Assembly: GCA_050015375.1 (NCBI GenBank)
Contig: JBEKBN010000001.1
Coordinates: 34,683 to 98,682 of the forward strand
DNA from: Minisyncoccia bacterium
GTDB taxonomy: Bacteria > Patescibacteriota > Minisyncoccia > 2-02-FULL-40-12 > IGHO2-01-FULL-4-A
DNA length: 64,000 bases
Reading direction: 5' to 3'
The notes beneath the pieces were generated by a model, which saw nothing but the letters and a program-made list of their open reading frames with translations, searched no databases and was not told the DNA's origin. Numbering within the stretch: the stretch's first letter is position 1; every line of letters begins with the position of its first letter. The translations under genes and the position numbers were made by a program. Shown here piece after piece: positions 24,801-33,526 of this stretch.

Positions 24801-26328
24801 GTGGACAGAAAATAATTATCTCGTGAGACTCTTTTATGTGATTCCCATTACCATTCCTTCGATTCAATCCTATTCTGGTTTCCCCTTGGCCCATAGTGTA
24901 TTGCCATGAAGGGAAAAGTTGCTGAAATTCCTTGTAATGTTCTTTTATCGTCGGGCAGTTATTATATGAGAGGATGAATCCTCCTTTATGATTTTTTAAC
25001 AAATCTCGCAAATCCTCATGAGGGAATCCCTTATGATGAACAGGTATATTTCTCATCGGATAGATCCCTTTAAACATTTTTGAATCTTTACCTATGTAAT
25101 AAGGGGGATCGCAATACAAAAAATCGTCGGGGTGATCTCTAATGACATCCCTAAAATCCGCACACTCAACTTTAAGATTATTGGGATCAAAATCTCGGAT
25201 ATTTTCAATTGTCCTCTTATATTTTTTGTCATTCAAATAAATGTCAGATGACCAGCCCATAAACCCTGGGCCATATGATAAATTGAAGTTGTAAACATAA
25301 TAGACAGCCAAAGTTAGCGGATCTAGTTTAACTTTCTTTTTCCACACATCATTCAATATTAATCTAATTCTTTCAAATGTTTCCTTGTTTGGTTTCAACT
25401 CTTTCAATTTTTTATAAAGAAGTTTTGGTTTATTAATCTGAAACCCCCAGTAATTACAGAGAATATCAAAAATATCATAACCAATAACTTCCAGGCCGAG
25501 TTCTTTACTCATGGCTATTTCGATTGAACCACCGCCGAAAAACGGTGATACAACCCTTTTTATATTCTCTGGCAGTAACTCAACTATATGACCCACGGCT
25601 AAACTTTTTCCACCCGCATATCTTATGGGGGAAAGAGCAACTCTTTTGTATTTGTTCTGACTGTCCGGATTAGAACTTCTGATACGGTCTAAGAAAGTTT
25701 TTTTTCTGAGCGCTAATGTATTGTTCTTATTGCCATTTTCCAAATTTCTTATAATTTTGATTACGATACCCCGGATCTCTAATTCTTTACGATAGATCGG
25801 CAATATTTCCTGATTTGCCGGTTGTAATCTAAAGCGTCCACTTTCTCGATAGATTTTTTTTAGGGTCGCCTTATCGTCATCAATAATTGCTACTACAGTT
25901 TGACCATCATCGGCGGTTTTTTGCTCACGAATTACCACGGTATCCCCGTCAAATATCCCATCGTTAATCATGCTATTGCCCGACACTCTTAATGCATAGT
26001 GCCTGCCAGCAATTGGAATTTCAGTCTGGGGAATAAAGATATTTTCTCCGTGCATCTCAAGCGCTTCAATCGGTTGACCAGCGGCAATTGTCCCGAGGAG
26101 GGGGATACGGACCAGTTTAGTCGAGGTTTTGACAATTTGAATTCCTCGCGCGCGGCCGTTAGCTTTTTCCAGATATCCCTTGTCCTGCAGGATCATCAGA
26201 TGTTCGTGTGCCGTTGACGGCGAAATCCTAAGTCGGCGGGCAATTTCACGTTCGGTCGGAGCGATGCCTTTTTTTGCGATGACTTTATCCACAAGATCTT
26301 TCACTTGTTTCTGTCTTGGTGTGAGCAT
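24790..26328 (-). CDS. LexA-like repressor (HTH + S24 peptidase) fused to Dam-type N6-adenine DNA methyltransferase
   Basis: N-terminus MLTPRQKQVKDLVDKVIAKKGIAPTEREIARRLRISPSTAHEHL (LexA HTH). ...VSGNSMINDGIFDGDTVVI...TLKKIY (S24 Ser/Lys dyad). Linker, then SPIRYAGGKSLAVGHIVELLP...SPFFGGGS (motif I) and LYCDPPYYIGK (DPPY motif IV) of D12-class Dam MTases. One uninterrupted 512-517-aa ORF. Confidence 0.65.
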   Translation of the reverse strand: MLTPRQKQVKDLVDKVIAKKGIAPTEREIARRLRISPSTAHEHLMILQDKGYLEKANGRARGIQIVKTSTKLVRIPLLGTIAAGQPIEALEMHGENIFIPQTEIPIAGRHYALRVSGNSMINDGIFDGDTVVIREQKTADDGQTVVAIIDDDKATLKKIYRESGRFRLQPANQEILPIYRKELEIRGIVIKIIRNLENGNKNNTLALRKKTFLDRIRSSNPDSQNKYKRVALSPIRYAGGKSLAVGHIVELLPENIKRVVSPFFGGGSIEIAMSKELGLEVIGYDIFDILCNYWGFQINKPKLLYKKLKELKPNKETFERIRLILNDVWKKKVKLDPLTLAVYYVYNFNLSYGPGFMGWSSDIYLNDKKYKRTIENIRDFDPNNLKVECADFRDVIRDHPDDFLYCDPPYYIGKDSKMFKGIYPMRNIPVHHKGFPHEDLRDLLKNHKGGFILSYNNCPTIKEHYKEFQQLFPSWQYTMGQGETRIGLNRRNGNGNHIKESHEIIIFCPPKI

Positions 26329-26343
26329 ATTATAATTATACAA

Positions 26344-26395
26344 TATATACCCGAGCAGAACCCGAGCAGTTATCCACAGTCAATTATTGAATCAA
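26344..26395 (-). promoter_or_regulatory. putative leaderless promoter/operator of the lexA-dam gene
   Basis: Minus strand: TGTGGATAA (perfect DnaA-box 9-mer), then CTGCTCGGGTT-CTGCTCGGGT tandem direct repeat, then TATAAT ending 5 nt before the ATG. No Shine-Dalgarno sequence. Confidence 0.4.
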
Positions 26396-26502
26396 ATTAT
26401 GAAGAGAGTATTATTGTATGTTAAATTATTAATTAAAATAACTATCGTACGAAAAGGGCTTCAAACAAAACCCTTTCAGTAGGGTAGTGAAAATTAATCT
26501 CA

Positions 26503-27015
26503 ATGTACAAAAATATTCATAATTTCGTTCCATTTCAACATGACAATCAAGATTTTAAAAACAAACTAATAGGTTTTGCACGCAACCAAGATAAGATAAA
26601 AATTGAAGGTGTTTTTACGGCAACTCTAATCTATACAAACCTCGTTGATTATTTAGCTACGAACCTGTTCGATAATCTAAATAAAATGTTATCAATTTTT
26701 ACATTTAAAAAATTTGGTGGCGTTTTTCATCTAGATACATCCCAAAAAAGGACCCATTTATCAGTCGGAGAGTTACAGAGAGAATTAAGTTATTTCGAAT
26801 TTCCAAATCGAAATGATTTTTTGGCATGTTTAGAAGAATTCAGGAGGCTCCGAAATGAAGTTATGCATAATCTCATGGGAGTTGATCCCAACGACACAAC
26901 AATGAAACTTGATAAGGGTTTAGCGAGGATTGCAGAGATTTCCGAAGATATTCTAGCGAAATATAATGTGATTTGTGCAGGGCTTATAACTATTTGGAAT
27001 AACGCCAACGCTTAA
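26503..27015 (+). CDS. hypothetical protein
   Basis: 170-aa ORF in the AT-rich island; no motif recognised. Confidence 0.35.
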   Translation: MYKNIHNFVPFQHDNQDFKNKLIGFARNQDKIKIEGVFTATLIYTNLVDYLATNLFDNLNKMLSIFTFKKFGGVFHLDTSQKRTHLSVGELQRELSYFEFPNRNDFLACLEEFRRLRNEVMHNLMGVDPNDTTMKLDKGLARIAEISEDILAKYNVICAGLITIWNNANA

Positions 27016-27053
27016 AGGAGTAATATAATTAATCAAGAAAGGAGGTAAATAAT

Positions 27054-27281
27054 ATGCATAGGCAAAATAAACAAGTAATAGAATATATTCTGCTCATTTC
27101 AATTATTATATTACCCTTTGTCGCGGGGTATATATTTAATGATTACAAAATACCAGCATTTCTCTTTTTGCTTGGTACTGCTCTGTTTCATGTTGTCAGA
27201 GAAAGGATTCAATCGAATATAAGCGGAGAGGGGGTCAGAAAAATTACAGTGGGTAGCAAAGCACCCCCTGGATCCAGCTAA
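27054..27281 (+). CDS. small 2-TM membrane protein
   Basis: Strong Shine-Dalgarno AAAGGAGGT 8 nt upstream; two hydrophobic helices. Confidence 0.4.
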   Translation: MHRQNKQVIEYILLISIIILPFVAGYIFNDYKIPAFLFLLGTALFHVVRERIQSNISGEGVRKITVGSKAPPGSS

Positions 27282-27364
27282 AGGTGATTTATGGCTTAAA
27301 ACAAAAGACTGACATGGATAGCGAAAATCGTACAGCTTGGATTGAGGGAAAAACAGTGCGATAA

Positions 27365-27850
27365 TTGATTGTCATGGAAAGCACAACAACATTTGTTCGG
27401 GATTTAATTAAGGGTCGGATTGCAGAAACGATTTTTGAAATGATGTTTCGGGAAACCGGAAAATTTACCATTCTCCGTTTTGGCTATGAATATACCCAGC
27501 CGGAACTCGCCCAGTACAAACATTATTTAAGATTACCGGAAGCCATCGAAAATATAGATAATTCCCCGGACTTTATTTTGTTATCGAATGATAAAACAAA
27601 AGTATATTTAGTTGAAGTAAAATACAGATCAAGTTTTGACTCAGACAAGATAAAAGTGATTGCCCAAAGCATTGCTTCAAGATGGCATTCCCCATACTTA
27701 TTTATCGCTACTCCAAAGGGTTTCTTTTTTGAACCATGCAATACAATCATCAAAAATAATGGAAACATCGGGCAATTATTTGATAATAAAGTGCCAAAAG
27801 AAATCCAAGAGAAATACCTAGAACTACTCAATGAATTTGAAAGAAAATAA
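27365..27850 (+). CDS. hypothetical protein with PD-(D/E)xK-like motif (module 1 large gene)
   Basis: ...SPDFILLSNDKTKVYLVEVKYRS... fits the PD...(D/E)xK nuclease signature. Central region shares HSPYLFIATPKG ~ HIYLFAPAHVAG with the 27968 gene. Confidence 0.4.
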   Translation: MIVMESTTTFVRDLIKGRIAETIFEMMFRETGKFTILRFGYEYTQPELAQYKHYLRLPEAIENIDNSPDFILLSNDKTKVYLVEVKYRSSFDSDKIKVIAQSIASRWHSPYLFIATPKGFFFEPCNTIIKNNGNIGQLFDNKVPKEIQEKYLELLNEFERK

Positions 27851-27859
27851 CGCCAACTT

Positions 27860-27958
27860 GTGATCCGGAAAATCAAAAATAAATATGTGGTTTTGTCCGA
27901 GAACGGCGAGCGGAAATTCGAGAGGTATAAATTTGAAAAAGCGATCAAACAGAAGTAA
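27860..27958 (+). CDS. tiny conserved ORF (module 1), VIRKIKNKYVVLSENGERKF-family
   Basis: 32 codons from GTG 27860. The peptide is nearly identical to the N-terminus of the 28438 ORF, while the DNA differs at synonymous positions. Confidence 0.4.
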   Translation: MIRKIKNKYVVLSENGERKFERYKFEKAIKQK

Positions 27959-27967
27959 AATTAAGGC

Positions 27968-28396
27968 GTGGGGAAAATAATAAAAATATCTGAAAAGCTG
28001 TATCAATTCAGGGATGAGACGGCCCTGATCATAGTTGCGGCCAAGCAGGAAGGCCGCGTTTTTCGCGCCGGCAACGGCGAACTCGAGCTTCTGGAAAAAT
28101 TCCGCGTCTCCACACCGCACTTTTCCGACAATGAAGGAATGTCGCAGGAGCGTGGACGTCGGGAAAATATCATTGAGGAAAACATCCATCACGAATACTT
28201 TGAGCATTTCCAAAAACTTTTGCGTTCCCTCGCGCCCCGTCTCAAGCCGACCCATATTTATCTCTTCGCTCCGGCTCATGTGGCAGGGGAGCTGGAGAAT
28301 ATCGTGAGACCGATCTTCGGCGCTCTGGCCGTCAGAACCGTCACCGGTATTTTCACCAAAGACACGCCGGTTGAATTCCTTGAACGGCTTCATTGA
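27968..28396 (+). CDS. hypothetical protein, divergent paralogue of 27365 gene (module 2 large gene)
   Basis: 142 aa; SLAPRLKPTHIYLFAPAHVAGELE aligns with SIASRWHSPYLFIATPKGFFFE of the upstream gene. Higher GC. Confidence 0.4.
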   Translation: MGKIIKISEKLYQFRDETALIIVAAKQEGRVFRAGNGELELLEKFRVSTPHFSDNEGMSQERGRRENIIEENIHHEYFEHFQKLLRSLAPRLKPTHIYLFAPAHVAGELENIVRPIFGALAVRTVTGIFTKDTPVEFLERLH

Positions 28397-28437
28397 GCCA
28401 GTGATTCATCGGGAACAAAAAATCAGAAAACTATTTC

Positions 28438-28578
28438 ATGATAAGAAAGATAAAAAACAAATACGTCGTCCTGTCGGAGAATTCGGGGCGGAAGTTCGGG
28501 AGTTACCGGACTCTAAAGGAAGCCAAAAAGCGCCTCCGCCAAGTTGAGTTCTTCAAGCACCGGAAATTCAAAAAATAG
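28438..28578 (+). CDS. tiny conserved ORF (module 2), MIRKIKNKYVVLSENSGRKF-family
   Basis: 46 codons, ATG 28438 to TAG 28576-78. Not in the supplied ORF track (<60 aa). Confidence 0.4.
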   Translation: MIRKIKNKYVVLSENSGRKFGSYRTLKEAKKRLRQVEFFKHRKFKK

Positions 28579-28686
28579 CCGCAGGGCTATTTTTTGATGA
28601 TTTGACATAATATCTTAAATCAGGTAATTTTAATCAGTTTTTATAACGCAGTTAGGACTGGGTTTTAGGCCCAAAGAAGGAGGTTT

Positions 28687-29358
28687 ATGGGGTGTGTTCC
28701 TTGGACAATAAAAGAGGTGAATTTTCTCCGCCGTCTTGTTAATAGCCAGAAATTAAGCTCCGGTAAAATTTATCGCAATTGTTATTTCGTCGGCAGGAGT
28801 CTCGCGTCGATAAACAGCCAAATGTCTTGTCTTGGCTTGAGCAGTCTGGCCACGAAAGGGCGAATGAAAAATAGCTGGCGGCTGAGCAAAGAGGAAAAGG
28901 AAAAACTCTCTGTTTTTTTAAATGGTGAAGGAAGGCACATGCCGAACAGCGATGTTGCCAAAATTCTCGAGACCAGCGTCCGGAATGTCAGAAGATATCG
29001 CCGCCGGTGGAAGTTAAAACTTAACCCCAAAGAATCCTTCTCCTCGAAAATATTCAAGCGAACGCACAAAAGGTCTATCGTGGCATTAAAGAATGGCTAC
29101 GCCGATTATCGCGAGAGACGCCCAATGAGGCGCCGGGCCGAATTGGTTGAACTATTCCGACAATTGGCCGAATCTCGTTGTAAAATTCCACACCGGAAAT
29201 GCAAGGATTGCGGCGAGTGGTGGTTTGACTCGGAAATATTTTTTTATCACGCGAGAATCATGGCAAATAACAAACTCCGCTTGTCGAATCATTGCAAGGC
29301 CTGCGGATTTCCATGGATAAACAAGAAGAGAGCCAAAGCAAAAAAAGTTGCCGCCTGA
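28687..29358 (+). CDS. basic protein with C-terminal Cys4 zinc-ribbon, hypothetical DNA/RNA-binding
   Basis: Shine-Dalgarno AAGGAGG. Arg/Lys-rich. CKDCGEWW...NHCKACG zinc ribbon. Confidence 0.4.
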   Translation: MGCVPWTIKEVNFLRRLVNSQKLSSGKIYRNCYFVGRSLASINSQMSCLGLSSLATKGRMKNSWRLSKEEKEKLSVFLNGEGRHMPNSDVAKILETSVRNVRRYRRRWKLKLNPKESFSSKIFKRTHKRSIVALKNGYADYRERRPMRRRAELVELFRQLAESRCKIPHRKCKDCGEWWFDSEIFFYHARIMANNKLRLSNHCKACGFPWINKKRAKAKKVAA

Positions 29359-29401
29359 TATTCTTGACAAAGCTGGGCTCAAAACCCGGTTTTTTAATAC
29401 G

Positions 29402-29434
29402 AAAAAACGGGATTGATTTTGGGTCAATCCCGTT
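29402..29434 (-). terminator. rho-independent terminator for the minus-strand gene ending at 29460
   Basis: AACGGGATTGA-TTTTGGG-TCAATCCCGTT 11-bp stem; on the minus strand it is followed by TTTTTTCG. Confidence 0.6.
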
Positions 29435-29459
29435 GGGGTTGAATGTCCTAGCGGTCTCT

Positions 29460-30380
29460 TTATTTTTTGAGCCGATATTTATTTGCATCGATATACAACG
29501 TAAAACCCCAGGCGTAGCGGCGCGTGCTCAAGTCGACAATAACATCCTGCATTCCCGGCTCCATTGTCAATCTGGGGCGCGAAGTGCTGGCAAAAACCAA
29601 GATACCGAATAAAGGCTCTCCGATCTTGACGCCAACATACGGCTGGGAAAAACTCATCGTGGCCAGCGGAAATGTTTTGTAGGGTTGTATTGCCGCCCAC
29701 CGGTCGTAGCCGTTTTCAATCCGCAGTTTGGTTTTGTCGTTGGTGTAACCGCCGAGAATAGCGAAATACTTTTGGATGCGAAGTTCCAATTCACCGGCCG
29801 GCCGCACGGACCAAAAGGAACTATTTTGAATAGAGTAATACACCAAGCTCATGCCAACACCGGCTTCGGGCGTTCCATATTGGTTCACCTCGCGCGAACT
29901 GCCATCGTTGCCGTTGCCAGTTTCCATTTTATCGCGAAAAACAAAATGAATGTTTAGCCCGCCGCGAATCACCAGTCGGCTGAATAGGGTATATTGAGGC
30001 ATGAGAGCAAAACCAAGACTCGCAACCTGGCGAATATTGATGGGAGAATCGGAAACGATCCTAGGCGTGCCCGGAGGCATGATCCAGCCGTCATCCGGAT
30101 GGGACGGAATCGTTCTTGCTTGCAAAGGAAAATTGGAAAATATCCCCAGCCGCTGGCCGGAAGTGAACAGCATGGGCCTCACCTCCAAGCCGAAACCAAA
30201 TGGTTTGTCGTAATCATGCTTGTCAGTTTCATCCTGGTCCGGATCCTGGGCGTCTTGTTTCGGTTTGTCCGGTTGCGCTTGCTGACCCTTACTTTCTGGC
30301 TGTCGGGTTTGGGTTGTTTGGGTTTGGGCGAAACAATACCCGGAAAACAACAGAAAAACGGCGACTATCTTCGAAATCAT
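29460..30380 (-). CDS. secreted protein, hypothetical
   Basis: Signal peptide MISKIVAVFLLFSGYCFAQ (start at internal ATG 30380). Q/D/K-rich low-complexity segment, then a beta-rich domain. Confidence 0.45.
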   Translation of the reverse strand: MISKIVAVFLLFSGYCFAQTQTTQTRQPESKGQQAQPDKPKQDAQDPDQDETDKHDYDKPFGFGLEVRPMLFTSGQRLGIFSNFPLQARTIPSHPDDGWIMPPGTPRIVSDSPINIRQVASLGFALMPQYTLFSRLVIRGGLNIHFVFRDKMETGNGNDGSSREVNQYGTPEAGVGMSLVYYSIQNSSFWSVRPAGELELRIQKYFAILGGYTNDKTKLRIENGYDRWAAIQPYKTFPLATMSFSQPYVGVKIGEPLFGILVFASTSRPRLTMEPGMQDVIVDLSTRRYAWGFTLYIDANKYRLKK

Positions 30381-30535
30381 GGTGAACCTCTCTTTCCATT
30401 CGTTCCTGATTTTCAAGGAACTCGCTAGCGCTAAAATACCGCGCAACCGGCAGATAGTCAATGCCGGTTAATTGTTCCCGTGGCCTGATGATTTTGGCAG
30501 CCGGATATGTTAAAATATATTCAGTCAACAAACTT

Positions 30536-30826
30536 ATGAAAAGAACTATCTACGTTTTCTTGGTGATGGTTTTGGGGCTGATTTTGAGTTTTATCGCTCA
30601 CGCGCTGATCGAGACGGCGCATATCAATTCTGCCATCGCCGGAGGGATCGTTTTGGTCAATCAGGGAATTTTCGGCAGTTATTGCGTCTTGCCGGTTTGG
30701 CTCCAGATTTTGTTGCCTCTCGCCGGAATCATCGGCGGATTTTTCATGGGCAAAACCTGGTGGCGAATGGTCTACATCCAAAAACGCCATTTCTGGCGCC
30801 GGAAAAATCTGAAAACCCATTTTTGA
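30536..30826 (+). CDS. small 3-TM membrane protein
   Basis: MKRTIYVFLVMVLGLILSFIAHALIE... three hydrophobic helices. Confidence 0.4.
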   Translation: MKRTIYVFLVMVLGLILSFIAHALIETAHINSAIAGGIVLVNQGIFGSYCVLPVWLQILLPLAGIIGGFFMGKTWWRMVYIQKRHFWRRKNLKTHF

Positions 30827-30892
30827 TGTCAACCTTCGCCATTGTTTCGCTTGGCGGCAACATTGTATAATAGGTTAGCGAGCTATTTTTTT

Positions 30893-31642
30893 ATGCCTGA
30901 TATTCCACCTCCAACTCCGCCCATTGCCCCGACTCCGTCGGTTTTAGAACCGAAAATCTCGGAACCCAAGATACCCCATTCACCCAAAGTCACTCTGTTG
31001 ACGATTCTTGTTGTAATTTTAACCGCGCTTGTTAGTGGTGGTGCCGTTTATTTGTGGGAGCAAAAACAGATCGCCGGGTTGCAGGAAAACAATCAAATTT
31101 CGCAGGATAATACCTTGCAGAATCACCCTAATCTTAGCCAAAACAATTCCCAAAATACAGAAAGATATTCTGACGTCGGCGTTCCTCTCGCGGGGACATT
31201 CTCATATCCGTACCAAGTCCAATGGATGAACACAACCGCTTCCTTTGCTTTGACCGGCGTTACCCTTGGGGACATAAAAATTTCAGGCGATTACGGATAT
31301 TATGATACCTCGGGTGTTATAAAAAATGGCAGTGTCATCCATGCCCTGGTCCTTATTTTCAAGATTGGCACAGGAAATTCTAATCTGTGTGTTGATTCGC
31401 CAATGAGATATATCGACTCGAATGGAAATCCATTCCCGCCGATAACGGGCCAATATATGTCTGGTGCCGGCGACTGTTCCGCGAACACGACTTATACGAA
31501 CCAAAAAGTAATTTTTGAAGTTCCAAGCGATGAGAAGACATTCAAAATTACCACTGGCGCGTCGCCAAGTTATTTCTTCACCGTCAATTTCAAAGATGAT
31601 GGAAGCGTCGAGTTAACAAATGTGAAATTACCGAGCATTTAG
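30893..31642 (+). CDS. membrane-anchored extracellular protein, hypothetical
   Basis: Pro-rich N-terminus, TM helix VTLLTILVVILTALVSGGAVYLW, extracellular domain. Confidence 0.4.
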   Translation: MPDIPPPTPPIAPTPSVLEPKISEPKIPHSPKVTLLTILVVILTALVSGGAVYLWEQKQIAGLQENNQISQDNTLQNHPNLSQNNSQNTERYSDVGVPLAGTFSYPYQVQWMNTTASFALTGVTLGDIKISGDYGYYDTSGVIKNGSVIHALVLIFKIGTGNSNLCVDSPMRYIDSNGNPFPPITGQYMSGAGDCSANTTYTNQKVIFEVPSDEKTFKITTGASPSYFFTVNFKDDGSVELTNVKLPSI

Positions 31643-31672
31643 TTGACGCCTTTGAAATTATTCTAAGCTAAC

Positions 31673-31700
31673 CCGATCGAGCAATCGGCCTTTTTTATTT
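31673..31700 (+). terminator. weak hairpin + T-tract terminator
   Basis: CCGAT-CGAGCA-ATCGG followed by CCTTTTTTATTT. Confidence 0.35.
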
Positions 31701-32264
31701 GCAGGGAGCGTGGAGAGTTTTACTAGGAAATGCCGCCAAGGCATCGTTTAGATTTGAATATGACAAAGGATTGACCAAAGATTTCCAATTGTTGTCGGTA
31801 TCGCAATAAATGTATTTTGAACGGGGATAGGCCAACTGACTAGTGTAGTAAATATGGCTACCGGGCGCAGGTGTCAAAGTCAGCGTTGGCGTTGGCGAGA
31901 ACGTGGCCAGAGGGATTGCTGTCGGGGCTGGGGTGGCCGTGGTCGGGACGGGAGCGGCGGAGACGAGCATAGAGGTGATTGGCGTCGTCGTCGTCTCATC
32001 AGCGCCGGCGATAGAAGACGGAATCGGCGTCGGGGAGATGGTGGAAACGGGGGAAGCGGGCGCGGCGGTAGCCGCGCCCGCGGTATTTTTCCTGACCGTT
32101 TTTGGCGTGGCAGTCGGCGAGAGTTGTATTTCTTGCGTTTTCTGCGCCGAAGCCAATATCGCCGCCATTTCATCAGCCGGATTTTTCGGCGAACCTAATT
32201 TATCTACGGCGAGTATCGCGCCCAGAGTGACGGCGAAACTGATTGCGGCAACGAGTAATCTCAT
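31695..32264 (-). CDS. secreted Thr/Pro/Ala-rich protein, hypothetical
   Basis: Signal peptide MRLLVAAISFAVTLGAILAV; low-complexity TPAPTAIPLATFSPTPTLT. Arg-rich ORFs on the opposite strand are antisense artefacts. Confidence 0.45.
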   Translation of the reverse strand: MRLLVAAISFAVTLGAILAVDKLGSPKNPADEMAAILASAQKTQEIQLSPTATPKTVRKNTAGAATAAPASPVSTISPTPIPSSIAGADETTTTPITSMLVSAAPVPTTATPAPTAIPLATFSPTPTLTLTPAPGSHIYYTSQLAYPRSKYIYCDTDNNWKSLVNPLSYSNLNDALAAFPSKTLHAPCK

Positions 32265-33286
32265 ATGAACGATTCCTGTGTTTCTTTCCCTTTCAATCCC
32301 AGATGTTTAATAGCCAGATCGGTTATCATCCTTCCTCGTGATGTCCGGGCAATGAAACCCAATCGCATCAGATACGGTTCGTAGACATCCTCGATCGTGT
32401 CTTCTTCTTCGGCAATGGCGGCGGCAATAGATTTGAGCCCCACCGGTCCGCCTTTGAAATTTTTGGAAATAACAGTCAAAATTTTTCGGTCGGTGTCTTC
32501 AAGACCTATATTGTCAATGCCAAGAAGCGTCAATGCCTCGGTGGCCAAAGCCGGCGTCAGGATGTCGGAGTTCTTGACTTGAGCGTAATCGCGGACCCGT
32601 TTCAATAAACGATTGGCGATCCTGGGCGTGAAGCGTGAAGAAGCGGCGATCTTGGCGAGAGCGTCAGGCGCGGCTTTGATCTTCAAAAGTTTTGCCGAAC
32701 GGGTCAGGATTTTCTCGATCTCATGCTGATTATAGAAATCCAGTTTGTAATGAACGCCAAAACGGGAACGAAAAGGGTTGGATAGTAGTGAAATTCTGGT
32801 GGTGGCGGCGATGAGCGTGAACCGCGGCAAGCTGACCTGAAGAGTTTTAGCCGAAGCGCCCTTGCCGATGATGATGTCGAGATTGTAATTTTCCATTGCC
32901 GGATAAAGCGTCTCTTCGACGGTTTTGTTCAAGCGATGGACTTCGTCAATGAAAAGAAAATCGCCGTCGGAAAGCCCGGTCAAGATCGAGCCAATGTCGC
33001 CGGCTTTCTCCAGCGCCGCGCCCGATGTGATGCGAATGCCGGCGCCAAATTCCTTGGCGATGATATAGGCGAGGGTGGTTTTGCCAAGACCCGATGGGCC
33101 GTGGATGAGAATATGTTCGAGGGGTTCTTTTCTTTTTTTGGCGGCGGCGACAAGAATTGCCAGATTTTCTTTGACATTCTCCTGGCCGATATATTCGCCG
33201 AAAGTTGACGGTCGCAAAGCCAGATCGAGGTTCTTTTCGTCATTCTCCGCAATTTCGGGCACCTTATTAAGATTATTTTTCGTCAT
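32261..33286 (-). CDS. ruvB: Holliday junction branch migration helicase RuvB
   Basis: Walker A GPSGLGKTTLA; Walker B FLFIDEVHRL; RuvB sensor and C-terminal winged helix. Confidence 0.95.
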   Translation of the reverse strand: MTKNNLNKVPEIAENDEKNLDLALRPSTFGEYIGQENVKENLAILVAAAKKRKEPLEHILIHGPSGLGKTTLAYIIAKEFGAGIRITSGAALEKAGDIGSILTGLSDGDFLFIDEVHRLNKTVEETLYPAMENYNLDIIIGKGASAKTLQVSLPRFTLIAATTRISLLSNPFRSRFGVHYKLDFYNQHEIEKILTRSAKLLKIKAAPDALAKIAASSRFTPRIANRLLKRVRDYAQVKNSDILTPALATEALTLLGIDNIGLEDTDRKILTVISKNFKGGPVGLKSIAAAIAEEEDTIEDVYEPYLMRLGFIARTSRGRMITDLAIKHLGLKGKETQESFI

Positions 33287-33301
33287 ATATGTTGAGGCTT
33301 G

Positions 33302-33439
33302 CCCCTCACCCAGAAAGCATTAGTTCTGTACTTCGCAAGTCCTATTAGACCAGCCCCATTTACATAATCGGATGCTATGCGAATGGCTTTTTCAATCAGC
33401 AGAACCAATGTGGCTTGCAGATGCTTTCTGGGTGAGGGG
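33302..33439. repeat. 138-nt element bounded by 19-bp perfect inverted repeats
   Basis: CCCCTCACCCAGAAAGCAT (33302-20) / ATGCTTTCTGGGTGAGGGG (33421-39). Confidence 0.6.
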
Positions 33440-33526
33440 TTGACACGCCACCCATATTAAGCTAAAATTAGGTAGACAAGTTAATTCCCAATAAGGGATT
33501 TTTAATTTACGCGAAGCTACCCAAAA

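Noticed and set aside
28603-28631. TTGACA-N17-TAATTT promoter-like string upstream of the zinc-ribbon gene
   Set aside because: Poor -10 hexamer in an AT-rich region where such matches arise by chance.
31854-32268. Arg/Gly-rich ORFs (114, 97 and 121 aa) inside 31695-32264
   Set aside because: Antisense or frame-shifted shadows of the Thr/Pro/Ala-rich secreted-protein gene.
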